DNA of 64,000 nt, taken from Podarcis gaigeae. Taxonomy: Eukaryota. Below are positions 40,077-52,680 of the stretch, piece after piece (position 1 is the stretch's first letter; each line of letters starts with the position of its first letter). The position numbers and the translations under genes are program-made. The stretch lies in the NCBI GenBank assembly GCA_964106915.2, contig OZ066920.1; one strand, written 5' to 3'. Under the pieces are notes generated by a model that was given only the letters and a program-made list of their open reading frames with translations, had not been told where the DNA came from and ran no database searches.

Positions 40077-40272
40077 TTCCAGATGTTATCTTCTTACTTT
40101 CAGTCCCTTAAACCTGGATGGTCCAATATCTTAGCAAAAATAAAATAAAATAGCAAATCCAATGGATCTTCCTAGATCTTCTTTGTTTCTGTTCCCTTGC
40201 ATTCTCTTTCTAGGTGGAGCAGCAGCACTGAGATGGCAACATCTCTCAGTGCATTTCTCTGCCTGATTAGGG

Positions 40273-40307
40273 AGCAGCGACACCCAGAGTCTCAACCAAA
40301 AACTGCA
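40273..40307 (-). promoter_or_regulatory. Pcdh CSE / CTCF site (CGCT core)
   Basis: Minus strand TGCAGTTTTTGGTTGAGACTCTGGGTGTCGCTGCT, 197 bp upstream of ATG. Confidence 0.88.
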
Positions 40308-41219
40308 CCAGCATGTTACAATAATTCCTCAGATGGGGTGTATGCCTTTTGTACTTTCATTTTGATATAGGAATATCTATCATTCCAAGCAAATGATCCT
40401 CCTGGGAGAAGCTCCAAAGTAAAACAACTCAGAGGATCTTGCTTTACTTACAATAACAATGCAGAAATTGTCCAGCATGTTCCTATTGCAATGCATTTAG
40501 GTACATGCTCATATATGCTAGTGATGTTGGTTGAAATTTACAAATTATAATTGTCATTCTTCTCCCTGCCCCTCATAGCAAGCAATGGATAGCGGCAGCC
40601 AGGACCAGAACCCAAACTAATGTTTAAACATTTCAGTTATTGATTCAAGAAAATTGTGGATTAGGCTGCAGCAAACTGTAGCTTTTTATATTGGTATGCT
40701 GTGTTCTAGGTATTTTGCATCATGTTTTGTATTATGGCAGGATTATTTTATGGATGATTCCCACCTACCCACACATCTTACATACACTTTTAATGATCAG
40801 TGTGCTAATTATTATATTTCCTAAATATAATGAAGTCCCACTTGTATAGCTGTTATCCAGGTAACAGGATTACAGTTCCACACAGTCATTCTGGTAGCGC
40901 AGCAACCTTATGTGTATTCCATATGTTCTAAAAAAATATTCAGTGTCAAAATTTCTGTTATATGTAACACCGAGACATACATTAAAGGTGACATTAAAAA
41001 AAACAACTGAATGAAATCTGGTACTGTATTGCATAGCTTATTGCATATGTTGTTGTTATTTGCTGGTGTATTGAATCTGAGTTTGTTTTAACATTGTGTA
41101 AAATGGTTGGAAATGGCTATTGAGTGTGGGGATCCCAGTGTGAACAAGGGAAACAATGCCCTATAGCATCTCCATACCGCTTCCACTCCTTTGCTCCCCT
41201 GCCGGTATGCAGTGTGGCT

Positions 41220-41490
41220 TAGGATCAACATTAATCTTTTAAACTTACCTCATATGGAAGACTTGTCTTTCTTGATAGTTTTCATTGGCCTTTTCTTTAC
41301 TTCTTTTGAGTTGTGCTATATTCTTTTTAAGCATGATCAGGAACAGCACAATTTTCTCGAAGCATGGTTGGACCTTTATAACAGCTTTTGTATTATGCTC
41401 TTGCTATGTTCTGATTTCTGATTGACAACTGCAGTGCACTTACCTGACCATTTCAAGTGGCAATTCATGATGATTCCAAAAGGTCTCTAT
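41220..41490 (-). mobile_element. Very old CR1 fragment
   Basis: Reverse complement shows decayed RDLGII, LKKxI..L and YE..LK motifs. Confidence 0.5.
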
Positions 41491-41956
41491 TGATAACTGG
41501 TAACTAATACAATGCCAGCGCCCCTCACACAACACATTTTTTATTTGTACTTGTGATATAGTTCTATATTCCAATGTAGCTCAAAGGTGCCATCTAGAGT
41601 GCCTGGAAATTCACACCACCACAGTGAACCCTAAATAGACAGCAATTCCCTGTTTCAGTTTGAATATACATCCTTAAGTTGGTTCATTTCTCTCACTGGC
41701 CAGAACTAGCTGATTCTCTCTCTCTCTCTCTCATTGTTTTTATTAAAGATTATTAAAGATTATATTGGGCTACAAAAGTGTGTACATTGTCTTTATTTTC
41801 AGATCATAAAGTCCTTTCTGCAGATCAGTTATATTCTGATATGCAAGTTCAGGGTTGTTAAGAAGGTGGAACAAGCTTCTAAGCAAATTTTTGATTGGCC
41901 ACAGAAACCACAGAGCTGATCTTATGTTTTGACTAAGAAACAATTCATCTCCACCA

Positions 41957-42080
41957 AAGATCCTTTGCAATATTCCCCACAAAGGAATCTTTTGCCATTT
42001 CCTTGGGAACTGAATAATGAATCTGTTCAGTAGCAGTCTCACATACGATGCAAAAATTATATATGATGAAAATGAAAACG
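41957..42080 (-). pseudogene. Pcdh relic: copy of signal-peptide end and EC1 start of exon 6
   Basis: [33 protein letters not shown] vs exon 6 [33 protein letters not shown]; DNA matches 39912-40030; no own CSE or homologous ATG. Confidence 0.9.
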
Positions 42081-42479
42081 GCATTTCCATGTGCTCTGGC
42101 ACTCGTCATGGTGTCCTGTTGCACCAGAAGCAGTTTAGACATGCTGGCCACATGATCTGGAAAGCTGTCAAAAGGACAAACACCAGCTGCCTTGCCCTGA
42201 CCCCATATTCACCTTTGACTGGACCTTTACCTTTCTTTTCCACTTTAACCAACCTCCTCTCCACCCATTTTTCAATATTGGATGCAGTGAAATGGCTATT
42301 ACTGCACCCTGACATTATGGCACACAGCTTGTGAAGCCAATCACTATTGCAAACATATGTGTTGGTACCATGACACACTGGTCTTTTCATTACTGATCAC
42401 AGTCCCATTAGGAGATGTTTTCCAATCCAAGTTACTTAAAAGTAGTGTCTTCTGGAACAGGAGAGTCTTTCCTTCTGTT

Positions 42480-43460
42480 TGTAAAGCCACCCCTCATCAT
42501 TGATCCCAGGGGGAGTTACAACAAAATATAGACATGAGCCAAGCAGGTCAAATACCATAAAACATAAAACACAATTCAAAACATTCAGAACATACATAAT
42601 AATTCTAAAAAATGGACCCTTACATTGCAGGTGATACCCTAACAGCTACTGGCCACAGTACCAACCCCTCTCCAAAAGCCTGAGCAAAGAGGTTTGTCCT
42701 TAAGTGGCACAGAAAGATAAGGGGCAAAAGTGAAGTTCTCAAATAAAGAAGGTTTTTTCCTGCATGCTCCTCCCTCCACTTTATTAGATAGGCGAACAAT
42801 GAGAATGCACACACAGAGAGACACCAAACTGGACAGTTTCATACAGAATCAGATATTCCTTCCTTGAATTGGGGTCAGAAATGTACAGACACTCAGCATC
42901 AGTTCTTCAGGACCAGTGCTGTTTGGACAAGACTGGCTGTACCATTCAGCAATCTGGGAGGTGCATACTGTGCTTAGCTGTATCTTCTGAGCCATCTACA
43001 GGGATAGCTCCATGTAGAGTTTATTACTGTATAGTAATCCGTTCAGGGGATTACCTGAGCCTGGGTCATAGTAGCAGAACAACTGTAGCTGAAGAACCTG
43101 TCAAAGCAGGTAATAGGCATTCTTCACCAGATATGTCACTTCAGATTCCAGTGACAATGTAGAATTCAACAACAGCCCCAGGCTACAATGTGGTTCCTTT
43201 AAAGAGAATTGTTACCTCTTCCAGAACAGGTCATCAACCTAGTCCTCAGATCTGGAAACTGTCAACCTACCATGCCTGCATCTTTTCAGAATTTAGCTTC
43301 AATTTAATGGCCTATATCTAGCTCAATACTACCTGCAGATCGTGATTCAGGACCTGAGTGGCTTCTCTTGCTTCTGATGATATGCAAAAAAATGGACCTG
43401 AGTGTCATCTAAGTGTCACTGACACTGCCCTCCAAATCCCTTGATGACACCCCGAGAGGC
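42480..43460 (-). mobile_element. Degraded L2 LINE
   Basis: Reverse complement shows decayed DDTQ, LKLNSEK, LG.LL.S.L and 3' LRTNLFAQAF motifs. Confidence 0.6.
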
Positions 43461-43803
43461 TTCTTACAACCATCTTATAGAAATTCCACAAGTAAGATTA
43501 CTTTGATGCAATACATGATCTGGCTTTGCTATTCCCGTCAATAGAAAATTTTATGCTCAGGGGAATCCTTAAAACACTACCTAGATAAAATGCAATATTT
43601 ATTTAAATTAATGAAGTAGTTGCTTCATCTGTTAAAAAAAGGAAATGACACCAAAATTTGTTTCAAAAATAAATAAATTAAGCTTTGTTATTTAAGAAAC
43701 TTAATTAAATTACATAAAATGAAACCTATTGAATAAGGACAAATAAAAGAACTGACTTTCTGAACTTTAAAATAAATGGAAGTACTGAAATTCATGTACT
43801 CAC

Positions 43804-46218
43804 TTGATAGGTTGCTGCCTCCTCCGTAACAGTGTTAGAATCACCTATGAGTAACACAGGGCCTGGCTTATCAGGAGCCTGTTGTGGTGTCAGAGTATTG
43901 GTACAGCTTCCGATTGGAAAAAAAATCTGGCTTTTCCGAGAGCCTGAAGTCAGTGAAACCTCGTGGCAATAAGACTGAAGAAATGCCCGGACTCCGTCAA
44001 TCCCCACAAACTGGGAGATGGGAGCACCATCAAAATGCACACTTCCATTGTCACACAACTGAGATTTTTTCCACCTGCGAAGTTTGAGTGCCAGTAACAC
44101 AAGGAGGAAGGCGAGGAACAAGCAGGAGACAAAAGCCACTGCAGTCACCAAGTAGAAGGTGAGATCTGACTGTGGGTCTTCAGATACTGGGACACTGCTC
44201 AGATCAGTCAGCATGTCAGGGATGCTGTCAGCCAAGACCACAGTGACAGTGACTGATGCCGACATTGGAGACTGCCCATTGTCCTTGACTAAAACCACCA
44301 GGCTTTGCTTGAGGGCATCTTTCTCCAGGAAGAATCGGGCTGTCCTGATCTCTCCTGTGTGGAGCCCCAGAGTGAAGAGCCCTGGCTCAGTGACCTTGAT
44401 CAGCTGGTAGGAGAGCCAGGCATTCTGGCCAGAGTCCGCATCCACGGCCACCACCTTAGTGACCAGGTATCCTGGCTCTGAGGAGCGAGGGGCCAGCTCT
44501 ATCCCTGTGGAACCGTCAGTGGGAGGGGAAGGGTAAAGGATTTGGGGAGCATTGTCATTCTGATCCAGGATGAAGAGAGTCACTGAGACGTTGGAGCTGA
44601 GTGGTGGAGAACCTCCATCCTGGGCCTTGACCAGGAACTTAATCTCTTGGATCTGTTCATAATCAAAGGAGATCAAGGCATAAACTACCCCAGTTTCAGA
44701 GTTAATAGAAAGGTAGGATGAAAGAGTAGAATCGCCAACACTTTGATCAATGATTGAAAACGTGATTGTAGCATTTTCCATGCAGTCAGGATCACTTGCT
44801 TTCATGTAGTAAACAGATGCTCCTCTGATGTTATTCTCAGTTACATAAGAAGTATATTGTACGTTATTGAAGATTGGGGCATTGTCATTTACATCTGAAA
44901 TTTCTACAAAGAACACTGTAGTGGTTGATAATGGTGGGTTCCCTTTGTCTGTAGCCATGATAGTTATACTATAATTTGATGTTTCTTCTCTGTCAAGAAC
45001 TCTGTCAGTCATCAAATGGTAATAGTTATCAAAGGATTTCTCTAAGTAGAAAGGAAGAGTTTTAGGAACTGAGCACAAGATTTCTCCATTCTCACCCTTA
45101 TCTCTGTCTTGTATGTTTAGTAGAGCAACAACAGTTCCTGGAGAGCTTCCTTCACTGATTGAACTGAAGAAGGTAGTGATAGTTATCTTGGGGATATTGT
45201 CATTAACGTCAATAAGGATGATCAACACTTTAGCCCTGTCGGAGAGACCTCCATTGTCCTTTGCTTGAACTTCCATTTCATGTAATGCATCTTCTTCATA
45301 GTCCAACTTCCCTGTTGTTGATATCTCTCCATTTCTAGAATTTATTTGAAAGAGTTGTGATGCTGTCTCCTTTATTTTTAGGAATGAGTAAATCACCTCA
45401 GAATTTGTTTCCTCATCGGCATCTGTAGCATTTACAGTAAGCAGCAGAGAGCCTATGGAAACACTTTCCAAAACACTCACTTTATAGAGAGGTTGGTTGA
45501 AAATGGGTGCGTTATCATTTGCATCAAGAACCGTTACATAGATCTGCAGAGTGCCAGACCTCACAGGGTGCCCACCATCAGTGGCCGTTAGGATGAGTGA
45601 GTAAAATGCTTCCGCTTCTCTGTCCAAAGATTTCTCTAGCACCAGTTCAGGAAATTTGTCCTTTTCAGATCTGCTCTGCAGTTTCAGGGAGAAATAGCTG
45701 CTGCTGCTCAGATGGTAGTTCTGAAGGGAATAATCTCCAATGTCAGAATCCTGAGCTTCTTGCAAGGCAATACGAGTCCCTACAATGGCCGTTTCACTTA
45801 TTTTAAGATCTAAGCGTTCCTGGGTGAAAGTTGGAGCATTGTCATTTATATCTGTGATTTCAATTTCTACGGTGAACAGTTTCATTTTATCCTCAACAAG
45901 GACTTCAAGACTTAAAACACATTTCTCTTCCCACCCGCATATTTCTTCTCTGTCTATCCTTTCGGAGACATATAACTGGCCATTCTTAGAATTCAAAGTA
46001 AAATATTGAAGCATACCTTCAGAGATGATGCGAACTCTGTTGTCTGACAATTTCTTGGAACCCAGTCCCAGGTCCTCTGCTATATTCCCAATCAAAGAGC
46101 CTTTTGGGACTTCCTCAGGAACCGAGTAGTGGAGCTGCCCATAATTTGTCTGCCAAATGGCAATAAAAGCAAACCAGAAGGAGCCACTGTCTTGTCGGAG
46201 TCTCAGGGCAGCTGCCAT
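43804..46218 (-). CDS. PCDHGA: Protocadherin gamma-A-like variable exon (exon 7)
   Basis: Intact SP-EC1-6-TM-VCD; donor CAA|GTGAGT at 43804/43803. Confidence 0.95.
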
Positions 46219-46416
46219 TTCAACGAATTACCTTTGGAGCATCTACCTATTTCTCTTTCTCGTGGCAAAGGATCTTGTAGCAAAGAACCAGAAAATCCTT
46301 TTGTTAAACTATACTGTTTCACTGAGAGAGAGGACGTGTGCCAATTTAGCTGCCTTTCTAGCAATGTGCAAGAACTTACCCTGCATCTTTCATTTCAGTT
46401 TGCTTTCTCATTGGTA

Positions 46417-46451
46417 AACAGCGGCGCCCAGAGTCTCAACCAAAAACTGCA
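46417..46451 (-). promoter_or_regulatory. Pcdh CSE / CTCF site (GGGCGCCGCT core) with adjacent CCAAT
   Basis: Minus strand TGCAGTTTTTGGTTGAGACTCTGGGCGCCGCTGTT followed by TACCAAT, 199 bp upstream of ATG; most mammal-like copy. Confidence 0.9.
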
Positions 46452-46642
46452 ATGGCTAAAGTCATACAAAAGGCAAAGACAGCCTAGTTGACACGATTAA
46501 GCAGTTTACTTCCTGCATGTGTGGGTAACTTTTACCAATAATATTACCAACGCATATTTAATGTTGTATTTAATGAGATTTTCTTTGCTTTGTTTCTTTG
46601 CTTTGCTCCAGTAAAGGATCACTGTAGCTAACAGGACATTAA

Positions 46643-46724
46643 GGCTGCAATCCTACACAAACTTACCTGGGAATAAATCACATTGGAAATTTACTTGTGA
46701 GTAACCATATATAGGATTGTATTG
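46643..46724. mobile_element. Short palindromic MITE (PIF/Harbinger-like), non-coding copy
   Basis: Preceded by TAA; inverted CAATCCTA / TAGGATTG ends; body ACTTACCTGGGAATAA...TTACTTGTGAGTAA. Confidence 0.7.
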
Positions 46725-47120
46725 TATATTAAAGTAACATTCCAAATATCACCATTTCATTGTGTGTAACTTATAACGTTATTTCAGTAAAATCAGGCAG
46801 CCTTCCTGATCATTTCCTTCCTGGCCTATTCACTACTTTAGTTTAGGCATTTTAGAAGCCATATATATTTAGATATTTTTTCATTTCTTACCACAAATAA
46901 CTTCTAGAAATTAGAAATATATCTGATTTTATTGCCATCTTGTCTTTAAAACCTCTACCCAGTTAGACTAAAGGACTTGAATTTAAAAGATAATAAGCAT
47001 TTTGCTTCCATATCTAGAATGAGCATACCAGGAGGACAACAAAATGAAGATTGAAGTAGGGCCACAATTTCGGCCACAATTTCACTAAGTAAAAGAGTTT
47101 ATATGCAACATGGTTAACTA

Positions 47121-47730
47121 CCGTATTTTTCGCTCTATAGGACGCACCCTACCATAGGACACACCTTGTTTTAGAGGGGGAGAACAAGAAAAAAAATTTT
47201 CCCCCTCTCTGCTCAGCGCCCCTTCAGCGAAGCGGCAGGAGAAACAGCCCCTTCCATTTCTCCTCCCGCTTGGCTGAAGGGGCGCTGCGCAGCTCTCCCT
47301 CTCTGCTGAAGCCAGGAGAGTCTTGCTCTCCTGGCTTCAGCAAAAGGAACCTGAAGTCTCCGGAGCACAGCAGGACCTCCCGCTGTGTTCCGGAGGCTTC
47401 AGGCAGCTATCCCTTAAGCCTTCAGAGTGCAGCGCAAGTTCCTGCTGTGCTCCGGAGGCTTCAGATTCCTTTCACTGAAGCCAGGAGAGTCTTGCTCTCC
47501 CAGCTTCAGCAAAAGGAACCCGAAGCCTCCGGAGTGCAGTGGTACCTCCTGCTGCGTTCTGGAGGCTTCAGGCAGCATGGAGCATGGAGGGAGCACTCCC
47601 TCTGCGCTTCAGAGGCCTCGCATTGCTATCGCTGAAGCCAAGGAGCCTGCATTCACTCCATAGGATGCACACACATTTCCCCTTAATTTGTGGGAGGCAA
47701 AAAGTGTGTCCTATAGAGCGAAAAATACGG
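47121..47730. mobile_element. Tc2/pogo-type MITE (610 bp)
   Basis: TIR CCGTATTTTTCGCTCTATAGGAC is perfect at both ends, TA TSD; internal GC-rich direct and inverted repeats. Confidence 0.9.
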
Positions 47731-47871
47731 TACTTAACTGACAGCCTCGCTTACAGTCTGCAACTGTAGGAGCTGGAAAAGAATTTTCTGCTACCTACCG
47801 TGGTTGGACAACCTTACCTTGACTCTGGCCATAGGAGCCAACTCCTACAGGCCTTTGGCCCCCACAATAAA

Positions 47872-47924
<53 letters not shown>

Positions 47925-48443
47925 TTTATACCCCGCTGTGGCAATCACACAGGGTCCCCGGACGTTTGACGATCTATTGATCCAAGTGCCACCACTGTGC
48001 TTGCTTCCCCGCTGCCACAAACCCGTTACTCTCAGGTACACACTGAGTCCAGACAGTTGTTAAAATTAAATCAAATAAACAAGTTTATTTTGTAAACACT
48101 AACAAGTATGGTTTCTCAGTTAATTTTCTTGTCAGTTTCTTATCCTTAGTTTCTTTACCGGCCTATACCTTCCTAATACCTTCTGACTGATTATCTCAAT
48201 TTAACAGTTTCTCTCACTCTCTCACATCAGACTAGCCCAACCCACAGACTAATCCACCCCCTCTCTCTTCTCTGACTCCAGACTGACTTCTTAACAACTC
48301 TAACTCCTCTCCTTGGGTTCCTATAGGTTAGTCATTTTACAATTAGTTAACCCTTTCCTTATGAACCCAGTATGATGTCACACACCTAGGAGGGCAAACG
48401 CCACACCCGCCCATCTGGCTGGGTTTCTCCAGCCACTTTGGGG
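47872..48443 (-). mobile_element. L2 3' tail with (AAT)n, split by a solo LTR
   Basis: (AAT)n-ATTTATACCCCGC | CCATCTGGCTGGGTTTCTCCAGCCACTTTGGG rejoins to the reverse complement of 29608-29665. Confidence 0.85.
47937..48405. mobile_element. Solo LTR (469 bp)
   Basis: TGTGGC...GCCACA termini; exact 5-bp TSD CCCGC at 47932-47936 and 48406-48410; interrupts an L2 tail. Confidence 0.88.
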
Positions 48444-48848
48444 GAAATGCTGGAGGGGGCTGGACCCCCACAAAGTTGATGGGCATTCCCATTCAAATGT
48501 GGGGGTTCTGCATCATGTGATCAATTATGCGGGGCAGGGCCTACCTGAACCCTCACAGTATTTTATTCAAGTTGGCACACCTGACCTCTGATCTACTGAA
48601 GAAGTTTGCTGTTTCTTGCCTATGCACATTCAAGGTGTGCTGGGAAGATTCCGCCAGGGCCATCTGCCTGTAAGTGTTGTTGTTGTTTTTTGGGGGGTGA
48701 ATGAGCCCAAATATTGTCCAAGAGTGCCACTCATCTGAGGTCCCCACAAGTCACTGGAAGGCTGGGTTAGATAAGCAATTCTTAATGCTTTGTGTGTTTT
48801 TGATTCCGACCTTCACTGAATCTGCTGGTGATATCTAATTATCTAGAT

Positions 48849-49034
48849 CAGGGGTTATCAACCTGGTCCCTACCGCCCACTAGTGGGCGATTCAGGATTC
48901 TAGGTGGGCCATAGGGTGTTCTACGGCACAAGGTGAATCCTCCTTCCATTGAGCACTGGTGGGAGGTAAGGAAAGTTTACCATCAAGAAAGATGCACTAG
49001 TGGGCGGTAGGTATAAAAAGGTTGACTATCCCTG
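48849..49034. mobile_element. hAT-Charlie-type MITE (186 bp)
   Basis: TIRs CAGGGGTTATCAACCT / AGGTTGACTATCCCTG, subterminal CCTACCGCCCACTAGTG inverted; TSD ATCTAGAT / GTCTAGAT. Confidence 0.88.
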
Positions 49035-49929
49035 GTCTAGATGCTTGAGAAAATGACTTGCTTAATTTGGAACAAGTTGACAAAAATAACTCCCTTCAAG
49101 GCTGATCAGGGAATGAGAGTCAAAAGATTCCCACTTCACCTGCAAACAGCTAACATTGCCTGAGATACTGTGGGTTTCTCCAGGGTTTCTTCAGAGACGA
49201 GACTTTCCAAGCTTTTCTGGAAATTCTATGGATTATACTTGAAATCTTTTGCACACAAAGCATATGCTGGGCTACAGTCTTTTAGTTTGTTTCAGTTTAA
49301 ATCCAAATACCTTGGTTTTATTAAGTTATGCATCAGAATCTGATTATGTTATTTCCTTCTGATTATGTCATTTCCTTCTTACTAGCTGCTTATAGTTAAA
49401 CTCCTGTTTACCTTCTTAGTTTAACTCCCTACAGTTAAAATATTGCTTTGTTGTGTAACAGAAATAATTTTTACCTTTACTAACCATATAATTGTGAGCA
49501 TTTAAAGCACTGCCTTTAAAATATGGTTCTACGTCTCATTCAGACATTTAAAAAAGTAGAAATGCTGGTGTATCTCCATCCACATTTATTAGATAATGCT
49601 GATTCCTCCATCCTTTTTTAAAATTAAAAGATCACAGGAATCATGAATGAAATGTCTAGAACACAGGGTGTAGGAGCAATGTTACTGCACACAGGCTAGA
49701 GCCTGTTTTACATGTTCAGTCATGGTAATGATTGTGGTGAAGAGAGATTCCTTCACATCCACCAGAGTTGTATCTGAGAAATGCCATCCAGAGGAGCTGC
49801 TAAGTAGCAATGGAGCTTATTCATCTGCAATTTATAAGAATCTTCAATGATCCAGTGTGACTTATTCCCAAAACATTTCATAGAAAAATGACTTGAGTGA
49901 TGGATTGCTTATAGGACTGGAAGTTCCTG

Positions 49930-50790
49930 TGGCCCCATCCAGACCCTTTTGCTAGAATGAATTTGCACTATTGCAACTTAATGTTATTTGCAGCTTAATA
50001 TTATCAGAGAAGTGTTCCCCCTCTATGTTCAACTCTTGTTGCCCACCACAGCGTCAACCCAGAAGGGGTAGTAAATTGGGTTCAGGTGGCAATAAGTACT
50101 TCCTTAAAGAAGAGAAGATCCCAGCAGCCTTGAAGGAGGCACCTCTGAGACTACTCCTTAAAAATATATGGGTGATTCCCCCCCCTGCAATTGGCCAATT
50201 GCTAATCCCCCTTTCTTGGGCAAGTGGCTTTACTAGACAGTGGCTTCTCAACCTCAGACATGCCTGGATGAAATGGATTATTTGGATCTATTTCAGTCTG
50301 AATTCTGTCATGGTTTTTGGGCACTTTGGTCACCCCCACAGAATACGTGCTAGGAGAGGAACACATGGAGTGCAATCTTGTTGATTCTTCTGGATCTCTC
50401 AAAGTTTATCAATTTGATGTTTTGATGTATCAATTATAATATACTTCTGAATCATCTTCTGGTTTGGGGGCATTGTGTCCCCTTGGTTCTGTTCTTGTCT
50501 GTCATGTTAGTCCCAAACAGTTACATTGTAGTACTTCTGTTTCACTCCACAACATTTATCCTATTGAGTAACATGTACCCAGCTGTAGGAGGAAATTATC
50601 TAGAGATGGTAATGAGGCATCATCACTATGCTAACGACACCCAGCTCTATTTCTCCTATTTGTCTAGTGTAGATGACACAATGAATATTCTTAAAAGGTG
50701 CTTGGTATAGTAATGTGTTGGATATGGGCTAATAAAACAAAGCTCAGTCCAGACAAGATAGATGTTCTGTAGGAAGTCAATGAAGTTGAT
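49930..50790 (+). mobile_element. Degraded L2 RT fragment
   Basis: PAALKEA, LDLFQS, LILLDLS, HHYANDTQLY (YADD box) and KLSPDK remnants. Confidence 0.75.
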
Positions 50791-51886
50791 TAGTGATTCA
50801 GTGTTCATCCTGTTTTGTATAAAGTTGCTCCCCCCCGCCAAATATCTGCATTAGGATGGGAAAACTACTGGTGGGACTGGGGTGAGAGTGAGAATACTGA
50901 CACCCTTTCATTCATGTGTAGGGGAAAAAAATAGAATATAGAATATAAATAAAGGAAAACTTCCATGCCTCTGACATTATGAACAGCACTACTGATTTTG
51001 CTGTTACAAAATGATAGTAATAGAGCTCCATAACATGGAAATAACACCATTCACAAACCTTGATACCAATAAAACTTAACAATGGTAAAATAGAATAAAA
51101 TTCACTAAATAAATTGATGCAAGATGTCTGCCAGTGGAACCCCATGTGCAACTGCAATGTAGCTGAGGTGCAATTTTTGCTATAAAGCAAGGCTTATATT
51201 GCCATCCCACAAATGCTGACCCACTGCCAGTGCCCAGCCATTCACAATCTGTAGCATACTGCAACAATAAATTAATTTTAATATTCATTCCTGCCCTGCT
51301 ACTAGGGATGCTCCCTGTGGTTGGATTGCTCTTCTGTCACATGATCATTATGATAGGGAGAAATTGGGCAATGAAGTGCCTGGGCACGTCAGTTTAGTCC
51401 AACATGGAGTTAAAGATTTAAAAGTTTGGAACTTTTAAAATTCTCGATTAACATACAGGCAGTGGAACTAGTCTTCTTTCACTTTCTCGAAAAAGCATGT
51501 GATAGAGTAGAATGTGAGGAATCATCTACAATCATGAAAAAATGAACTTTAGTGTTGCAGATACACAAAAGCTCAGCTGCATTTTAAGAGGGTCTTATTA
51601 GAGAGTCCAGAGACTTTTTTTTAATAGCCAAAGCACATACCAAATCAACAATTTCACCAACCAGCTTGCTGACCACATATGAAGTTGTTGTTTTATTCTT
51701 GAGCCCCTACTCCGCTCTGCTTCCCATATTCAGTCCACCACTTTCCCCTACAACTGATTCAGCTATCTATCCCCTTACCTAAAATTCTCTAGGCATCTCC
51801 CACCTTGAATACTGCTATGTTTTACTCTCTGGCTTGGACTTTGAAGCAGATGAAGACCTCCCTGTTTCTTCTTCTTATTTAAATAC

Positions 51887-52377
51887 TGTTATGAGTTTGG
51901 AGGAAGGGGAAGGCTGTATGTCTTGCCTCCCTTCTAATTCATGAATCCAGCATGGATTCAATTCCTGGAATAGCTAGGCTAACTTCCTGATGAGATAATG
52001 GCCCTCTAAGTATGGACCTTTAAGGTAACAAAGGAAGTGTCTCTGTGCTGCATGACAAAGGGTGGGCTTTCCTCCCTCAACAAACCAGTAGTTAGAAGGA
52101 TAAAGGCCAGAATGGAGAGTTTAGTTATGTGAGCTGGAAGGTAGAAGAGAGTCTGCAGGCTGGGAAGCTGGGATACAGAGTTACGTCTGATTTCTGGTTG
52201 AATCCAAGGTTTGGCTATGGTGGAAGCAAAACCCCTCCATCATAGGCTCAGGTTGCATATATGTGTAAATAAACAATATGTCATAAAGACACCACATTCT
52301 CCACTGTCCCTCATTCCAAAAGGTAAGCACCTGGAATCCATGGAATCTTACATTGCTTGGAGATTGGGGTGGCAACA
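51887..52377 (+). mobile_element. Probable solo LTR (491 bp)
   Basis: TGTT...AACA termini, AATAAA near 52268, imperfect TSD ATAC / ATCC. Confidence 0.5.
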
Positions 52378-52680
52378 ATCCACTTTTATTTAAACCCAAA
52401 CATTAAACAAAGGAGAGGTTTCTTAAGTGAGTTAAACTTAGATTAATTGAGAAACAGCAAATTACAGTGTGAATTAAGTCAAAAAGGCCAAATTATCTTC
52501 AAGATGATCAAGATTTTTAAATGTTTTAGTTCTTACAGTGATTCTTACAGAAACACTTGTTTAGTTGCAGTGAAGTTATTCTTGAACATCAAATAAAAGG
52601 TAAAAATAATTCAACTAGATAAATATACTGACATAAGGTTTTATAAAACCTTTTCAAAGTTTAGTAAAAGCAAAACATAC

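Larger units (their letters stand above)
47830..48583. mobile_element. hAT-like non-autonomous element hosting nested insertions
   Basis: Imperfect TIRs CATAGGAGCCAACT / AGTTGGCACACCTG and repeated (c)aataaaata motifs; no clean TSD. Confidence 0.5.
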
